A stretch of 33,582 nucleotides of DNA from an uncultured Actinomycetes bacterium (GTDB lineage Bacteria; Actinomycetota; Actinomycetes; S36-B12). The translations under genes were made by a program, and so were the position numbers. Shown here one piece after another: positions 27,917-33,582 of this stretch. The stretch is taken from NCBI GenBank assembly GCA_905181745.1, contig CAJIYV010000163.1, forward strand, positions 1 through 33,582, given 5' to 3'. The notes beneath the pieces were generated by a model, which worked only from the letters and a program-made list of their open reading frames with translations, did not search any database and was not told the DNA's origin. Every line of letters begins with the position of its first letter. The stretch's first letter is position 1.

Positions 27917-28714
27917 CTACTCCTCTCCACTGGAAAACACTCGATGGGGAAACACTTGCCGAACAAAATCAAGGCTGGCCCGCACATCGGAAATGCGTTC
28001 GTCACGATCCCTAGCCGACCGAGTCGTAATTTCAGCGATAATATTTCCAGTAAAGCCACTATTTTTAAGGAATTCCAACCCTTCGCGTACCGGCTGGGTT
28101 CCCCTGCCTGGCACTAAGTGTTCGTCGGCTGGGGAGTCGGTACCGTCCGCCAAGTGAATGTGGGTCAAGCGCTCGCCAAAATCACGCATCATTTCGATCG
28201 GATCAGTTCGTGAAACCGCCGTGTGCGAAAAATCCAAAGTGACATTTTCGTAATCCTGCTTTCTTATGTCCCAGTCGGGAGAATATGCAGGAAACGACCC
28301 AGGCCCTGCCCGCCACGGATACATATTTTCAACGGTGAAACCCACTGGCGAGTTCGTGTTGAGTTCAGAGATCCCTTTTTCAAAGTTTTTTGCATACGCA
28401 CGCTGCCAACGAAATGGCGGGTGTACAACAACAGTCATGGCACCCACCAATTCAGCAACTTCACGGGCTTTGTCCAGTTTTCCCCAAGAGTCTGTCCCCC
28501 AGACTCGTTGAGTGACTAACAGGCACGGGGAATGCAATGACAGGATCGGGAGTTGATAGTGCTGAACAAGATTCCGCAGTACCGTAGAATCTTGACTCAT
28601 GGCGTCCATTCCCACCATTACTTCGACCCCGTCATAACCGGTAAGAGCCGCAAGTTCAAAGGCGGCAGCGGTAGATTCAGGAAACACTGAAGAAGTCGAA
28701 AGGCCTATCTTCAT
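27917..28714 (-). CDS. sugar phosphate isomerase/epimerase (xylose isomerase-like TIM barrel; Rv0498-like)
   Basis: LSTSSVFPES, GYDGVE, HSPCLL, HPPFRWQ, ENMYPW, HIHLADG, DEHLVPGRG. Start moved to ATG 28714 (ATGA overlap with the ATPase stop). Confidence 0.9.
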   Translation of the reverse strand: MKIGLSTSSVFPESTAAAFELAALTGYDGVEVMVGMDAMSQDSTVLRNLVQHYQLPILSLHSPCLLVTQRVWGTDSWGKLDKAREVAELVGAMTVVVHPPFRWQRAYAKNFEKGISELNTNSPVGFTVENMYPWRAGPGSFPAYSPDWDIRKQDYENVTLDFSHTAVSRTDPIEMMRDFGERLTHIHLADGTDSPADEHLVPGRGTQPVREGLEFLKNSGFTGNIIAEITTRSARDRDERISDVRASLDFVRQVFPHRVFSSGEE

Positions 28715-31101
28715 GGCGCGTTCATCTCGACCGGCCCCTTGGGCGCGCGCCTCCATCGGTCGGTCACCCGGGTAGCAATCACGACCGCAACAGCGCCGGC
28801 TAGCCCTACCCCAATGGAGATAAGGCTATAGCGCTCTGGTCCCAAGGAAAGCGCAAAAATATTTGAGAGCCATGGGATGTACAGCACCGCAATAAACGCT
28901 GCTCCCATGAGGCCTACGAGGGCAAGCCTGATCAGATTGAGCGGGCGTGCCGATTCCGCCAGAACTGCAAGTGTCACGATAAATAACGTGATGGTCGCAC
29001 CTGACTGGGCGTTAAATAGCGGTTCATCAAAATAAAGGGCCACTCCGTAACTCGTGAAAGAAGCAACCGCGGCAATCACGCCGGCCGGGATCGCGAATGA
29101 CAACACCCTGCGAAAGAATCCAGGCCGAAATCTTTCAACATTTGGCATCAATGCGAGAAAAAAACCAGGAATTCCAATTGTCAATGCACTCACCAATGTT
29201 AAGTGGCGCGGTAAAAATGGGAAGGCAACTACGAAGATCACCGTCGCACTACTCACGATCATGGCATAAAAACTTTTAGTTAAGAAAACGTTGGCGACAC
29301 GTTCAATGTTCACTAACACTTTGCGCCCCTGCGCCACAACGTCGGGCATCATTTCCCACTGGTCATCAAGCAAAACTAATTGGGCCACAGCGCGCGTAGC
29401 ATCTGAACCAGAACCCATCGCGATTCCAAGATCTGCATTCTTAAGTGCGAGTACGTCGTTAACCCCATCACCCGTCATTGCGACAGTTTTCCCGCGTGCA
29501 TGCAGGGCATCGATCATATCCCGCTTTTGCGCAGGCGTAACCCGGCCAAACACATGTGTGGTTGCGAGCACTTCGGCTACTTCATCCGTATTTTCGGGCA
29601 AATACCGCGCGTCGTACGGGTGATCCGCACCTGGCACGCCGGCCTGCCTGGCAATTGCACCTACCGTCTGCGGATTGTCACCCGAGATCACTTTTACGTT
29701 AACACCCTGGCTGAGGAAATATGCGACCGTCTCAGCCGCATCTGCGCGAAGAGTCTGACTGATCACAACGAGCGCTGCGCACTCAACTTCTCCCAGCTTT
29801 TCTTCTGAACTCATCCTCGCGGAGCCCTCTACCAACTTTGCGAGCACTAACACTCGAGCACCAGATGCGGCGCTACTGCTCGCGCGCTCCAGCATTTGGG
29901 AATCATTCGGAGCAACCATCTCTGGGGCACCCAACACCCACGACACCTGATCAGAAAAAGTTGCGCTCGACCATTTACGGGAACTGGAAAACGGAACCGA
30001 ATAGCTGACTTGCCAATCTGGGTCGGGGTAACGAGCCTGGATAGCAGCCAGCGTGGGATTCGCATTGGGCTGCGATGCGGCAACCGCACCAAGGGCCACT
30101 TCAATTTCCACTAAATCTGATATGCCCAGTGGGATTACATTGTGAACCTGCATTCCGGGCGCAGTGAGAGTCCCGGTCTTATCCACGCATACGGTGTCGA
30201 CTCGGGCTAAGACTTCCACAGCCGGCAGATCCTGAACAAGTACCCTCCTTCTCGCAAGTTCAATCACAGACACCGCCATTGAGATAGAGGTAAGAAGGAC
30301 GAGTCCCTCTGGCACCATCGTGACAATGCCAGCGATTGTTCCTCTAATTGCTTCGGGCAGGGGCAACTGTGCCTCGATAAACTGCGAAAGAAAAAGTGTG
30401 ATTCCCACGGGAAGTAGGAAGTAGGAAACGTATTTGATGAACTTATTGATTGAATCGCGAAGTTCTGATTTCGTAGTTTGAAATTGTGTGGCAACTTCCG
30501 TGAGGCCTGCGGCGAATGAATCACGCCCAATCTTCGTTGCGCGCATGTACCCAGCACCGGCAACCACGAAGGAACCACTCATGACCGAATCTCCCACTTG
30601 TTTGTCAACCGGATCCGCTTCGCCCGTGAGCAGGCTCTCATCAATTTCTAGACCCTGAGATTTCTCAATTTCTCCGTCAACGACTAACTGACTGCCCGTG
30701 CCCAGCACGATCAGATCGCCCAGCACTATATCTCGCGGGGTGAGAACTTGTTCGGATCCATCCCGGCGAACAACTGGTTTCGCTTCACCGATGATCGCAA
30801 GCTTTTCCAGGGCGCGAGCAGCGCGGTATTCCTGGATCGTGCCAATCAGAGTATTGGCCACGATGACAAAGCCGAAAAGGGAATCCTGCCAGGGGGCCAC
30901 GATCAACATGACTACCCACATTGATCCAATTAAGAAGTTGAACCAAGTCAATGTGTTTTCTTTGATAATGCTGGAAAGGCTCCGCGAATTAGCGTCGGGC
31001 GCATCATTAATTTGACCGGAAGCGATCCGCTGTTCAACTTCGACCCAGGTAAGCCCAGCAAACGAGTCCGGATCAGCACTTCGTGGGCGCTGAGGGCTCA
31101 T
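28711..31101 (-). CDS. P-type cation-transporting ATPase, CtpE-like
   Basis: DESLLTGE, VPEGL, DKTGTLT, FSSSRKWS, SGDN, TGDGVND; TAACGT (31108-31113) 6 nt before ATG. Confidence 0.93.
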   Translation of the reverse strand: MSPQRPRSADPDSFAGLTWVEVEQRIASGQINDAPDANSRSLSSIIKENTLTWFNFLIGSMWVVMLIVAPWQDSLFGFVIVANTLIGTIQEYRAARALEKLAIIGEAKPVVRRDGSEQVLTPRDIVLGDLIVLGTGSQLVVDGEIEKSQGLEIDESLLTGEADPVDKQVGDSVMSGSFVVAGAGYMRATKIGRDSFAAGLTEVATQFQTTKSELRDSINKFIKYVSYFLLPVGITLFLSQFIEAQLPLPEAIRGTIAGIVTMVPEGLVLLTSISMAVSVIELARRRVLVQDLPAVEVLARVDTVCVDKTGTLTAPGMQVHNVIPLGISDLVEIEVALGAVAASQPNANPTLAAIQARYPDPDWQVSYSVPFSSSRKWSSATFSDQVSWVLGAPEMVAPNDSQMLERASSSAASGARVLVLAKLVEGSARMSSEEKLGEVECAALVVISQTLRADAAETVAYFLSQGVNVKVISGDNPQTVGAIARQAGVPGADHPYDARYLPENTDEVAEVLATTHVFGRVTPAQKRDMIDALHARGKTVAMTGDGVNDVLALKNADLGIAMGSGSDATRAVAQLVLLDDQWEMMPDVVAQGRKVLVNIERVANVFLTKSFYAMIVSSATVIFVVAFPFLPRHLTLVSALTIGIPGFFLALMPNVERFRPGFFRRVLSFAIPAGVIAAVASFTSYGVALYFDEPLFNAQSGATITLFIVTLAVLAESARPLNLIRLALVGLMGAAFIAVLYIPWLSNIFALSLGPERYSLISIGVGLAGAVAVVIATRVTDRWRRAPKGPVEMNAP

Positions 31102-31188
31102 GACACCACGTTACCTGAACCACAGATCCAGCACCTACTTCACGGTGCCCGTGCTGCATGGGGTACCCAGTGGACCTAGGCTGATGTG

Positions 31189-31980
31189 GTGCCTGAAGTC
31201 CTCCTTGATTTCCCCAGAGCCTGGGTTGAGTTCGTCGACCCATCAGATGACGACCAATTGATCCGCTGCGATCTCACTTGGCTCACTTCCAAGTACAACT
31301 GCATTTTCGGCAGAGGCTGTAAAGGCATTGAGGCCGAGCGCCCCGATGCGGGCTGCTGCGCCCACGGCGCTCATTTTTCTGAAAAGAAGGACGAGAAGCG
31401 AGTGCGCAAATGGGTTAAGAAACTTACCCCCGATGTGTGGGAGAACTACGAACTTGGACTGGGGAAGAAAGGCTGGACTGAGAAAGAAGATGGCGTCGAT
31501 AAAACCCGAGTCGTCAAGGGTGCCTGCATTTTCCACAACTCCGAGGGATTTTCCGGTGGCTACGGGTGCGCACTACACCATTTGGCCGAAAAAGAGGGCG
31601 TTCATTTCATCGAGACCAAGCCAGACGTCTGCTGGCAGCTTCCACTGCGACGCTCCTATGACAATGTGACCTACGAGGACGGCCGTGAGCGCCAAGTCGT
31701 CGTCTTGGGCGAGTACGACCGTCGTGCGTGGGGAGCCGGTGGAGCCGATCTTGATTGGTACTGCACGGGTAACACCGAAGCGCATACTGCGAGCGAACCG
31801 GTCTACATCAATTCAAAGGAAGAAATCGTGGCCCTGATTGGGGCACCGGCTTATGAGGAACTTGCTCAGCTGTGCCGGAACCGCGAGGCTGTGATCACAA
31901 GTTTTAATCAGCGGGGTAAAAAGTCAGACCCCACGGTCAGAATTGGGCTGTCGATTCATCCGGCTGACCCGCAGGACTAA
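31189..31980 (+). CDS. conserved cysteine-cluster protein (Rv0495c-like; probable Fe-S/metal binding)
   Basis: DLTWLTS.YNCIFGRGC, GCCAHGA, CIFHN, GCALH, KPDVCWQLP, WYCT. TAGGCT (31177-31182) 6 nt before GTG 31189. Confidence 0.85.
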   Translation: MPEVLLDFPRAWVEFVDPSDDDQLIRCDLTWLTSKYNCIFGRGCKGIEAERPDAGCCAHGAHFSEKKDEKRVRKWVKKLTPDVWENYELGLGKKGWTEKEDGVDKTRVVKGACIFHNSEGFSGGYGCALHHLAEKEGVHFIETKPDVCWQLPLRRSYDNVTYEDGRERQVVVLGEYDRRAWGAGGADLDWYCTGNTEAHTASEPVYINSKEEIVALIGAPAYEELAQLCRNREAVITSFNQRGKKSDPTVRIGLSIHPADPQD

Positions 31981-31995
31981 AACACAGGACTTAAC

Positions 31996-33387
31996 ATGGC
32001 AAAAAGCACTACGAAAACACCTCAATTTCGCTGCACCGAGTGTGGCTGGGCTACCGGTAAATGGGGTGGGCGCTGCGGTGAATGTCAATCTTGGGGCACA
32101 GTAGAAGAGGTCGGTGTGGTTACCGCTACTACTAAAGTAAGGGCAACGACATCGCCCGCACTTGCCATTAATGAGATTGATATTTCTGCAGCACAAGCTC
32201 ACAGCACCGGGATCGGTGAATTTGATCGGGCACTCGGGGGTGGATTTGTGCCTGGGGCCGTCCTCCTTCTCGCCGGAGAACCAGGGGTTGGCAAATCAAC
32301 ACTGCTCTTGGCTGTGGCAGCCCAGTGGGCGCGGATGGGACACAAGGTCCTTTATCTCACCGGTGAGGAATCTGTCGCCCAAGTTCGACTGCGTGCTGAG
32401 CGAATCGATGCCGTCAGCGACTCACTCTTCCTCGCAGCTGAAACCGACCTTGGAGTAGCACTGGGTCACATTGAACACACGAACCCATCACTACTCATTG
32501 TTGACTCAGTGCAAACCATCTCAAGCGCCGATGTCGACGGAGTTAGCGGAGGGGTCACTCAGGTCAAGGAAGTTGCCGCATCACTCATTCGGGCAGCCAA
32601 GTCGAGGAATATGACCACGGTCCTTGTTGGCCATGTCACAAAAGACGGCAGCGTTGCCGGCCCGCGCGCACTTGAGCACCTCGTTGACGTGGTCTTGCAG
32701 TTTGAAGGTGACCGACACGGACCCCTTCGCCTAGTGCGTGCGGTAAAAAATCGTTATGGCCCGGCTGACGAGATCGGCTGCTTCGAATTGACCGAGGATG
32801 GCATTCACGGACTCCCTGACCCAAGTGGCCTATTTCTCGGTGACCGAACCCACCCAGTCCCTGGAACATGCGTCACCATCACCGTCGAAGGAAAGCGACC
32901 ACTGGTGGCTGAAGTTCAGGCACTAATTGCGCCTTCTAGCTCACCCCAACCCCGCCGGGTGACCAGCGGCCTTGACTCTTCTCGGACCGCCATGATGTTG
33001 GGGATCTTGGAGCGTCGCGCGGGCCTGTCACTCTCTACCGCGGATTGCTTCGTGGCAACCGTTGGCGGAATGCGCCTACTTGAACCGGCAACTGACCTGG
33101 CAACAGCGCTTGCGATCGTCAGTAGCGTGAAGGACATTTCATTACCCAGCGGTCTGGTTGCCATTGGCGAACTTGGACTAGCCGGCGACATTCGCCGGAT
33201 AACCGGACTTGAGAAGCGGCTAGATGAAGCGGCCCGACTGGGTTTCACCGATGCAATTATTCCCACCGGCACTTCTGTGAAAACTCAGGGAATCGTCACC
33301 CATCCTGTGTCCAATATTGCACAAGCAGTAACCGTGATGACCTCACTGACTGCACGCTCGAAGCGTGAAGGTGCGCCGAACCCTTAA
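31996..33387 (+). CDS. radA: DNA repair protein RadA/Sms
   Basis: CTECG...CGEC zinc finger, GEPGVGKS, DSVQT, KNRYG, Lon-like C-terminus. Confidence 0.98.
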   Translation: MAKSTTKTPQFRCTECGWATGKWGGRCGECQSWGTVEEVGVVTATTKVRATTSPALAINEIDISAAQAHSTGIGEFDRALGGGFVPGAVLLLAGEPGVGKSTLLLAVAAQWARMGHKVLYLTGEESVAQVRLRAERIDAVSDSLFLAAETDLGVALGHIEHTNPSLLIVDSVQTISSADVDGVSGGVTQVKEVAASLIRAAKSRNMTTVLVGHVTKDGSVAGPRALEHLVDVVLQFEGDRHGPLRLVRAVKNRYGPADEIGCFELTEDGIHGLPDPSGLFLGDRTHPVPGTCVTITVEGKRPLVAEVQALIAPSSSPQPRRVTSGLDSSRTAMMLGILERRAGLSLSTADCFVATVGGMRLLEPATDLATALAIVSSVKDISLPSGLVAIGELGLAGDIRRITGLEKRLDEAARLGFTDAIIPTGTSVKTQGIVTHPVSNIAQAVTVMTSLTARSKREGAPNP

Positions 33388-33582
33388 TTCTTCTTTGTCA
33401 CAGCAAAAGGAGTCGCTTCACTGAAGACATCGGCGTTGCGACCAATCACCTCATAACGGCCCACCTTGGCCGCCTCGTCAATCTCGGGACATCCTGGCTC
33501 GCTCAGTTGACCATTCCACGCGATGGTGGATGCGACTATGTCACCGGGTTCAAGGACCACAACTTTTTTCTTCTTGCTCGGC
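33384..33582 (-). CDS. 3' end of Rv3587c-like conserved protein (partial)
   Basis: Manual translation ...VVLEPGDIVASTIAWNGQLSEPGCPEIDEAAKVGRYEVIGRNADVFSEATPFAVTKKN*; resembles the convergent gene normally found after radA-disA; stop overlaps the radA stop (TTAA). Confidence 0.65.
   Translation of the reverse strand, partial: PSKKKKVVVLEPGDIVASTIAWNGQLSEPGCPEIDEAAKVGRYEVIGRNADVFSEATPFAVTKKN

Overview
A gene-dense, mostly minus-strand core-genome segment from a moderate-GC actinomycete. The gene losses suggest a streamlined lineage, possibly freshwater Nanopelagicales-like (inference). It holds nuoA-G (nuoG runs off the left edge), the menaquinone genes menG, menF, menD, menC, menB, menE and menA, and a System II cytochrome c maturation block (phosphatase-like gene, TlpA/ResA, ccdA, resB, ccsB). 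These are followed by rex with a SUMT-HemD fusion, a glutaredoxin-like protein, an acyl-CoA ligase, a HAD phosphatase, an acyltransferase, bS22, an excisionase-like HTH protein, proC, TetR, a TIM-barrel isomerase, a CtpE-like P-type ATPase, a Cys-rich protein, radA and a partial Rv3587c-like gene. I found no mobile element, CRISPR array, tRNA or rRNA, and I cannot claim a demonstrably new system. The strongest leads are: (1) hemA, hemC, hemB and hemL are absent from their usual positions while an orphan, N-terminally extended HemD fusion and the cytochrome c maturation genes remain, suggesting heme auxotrophy; (2) a near-perfect Rex operator at the nuoA promoter; (3) a type I (bicarbonate-type) MenB; (4) disA, menJ and ppx missing from conserved neighbourhoods; (5) many leaderless promoters; (6) two unexplained intergenic regions, one with a candidate small membrane ORF and one with an antisense promoter, palindrome and hairpins. 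Synteny comparisons are from recalled Mycobacterium/Streptomyces gene order, not from a search.
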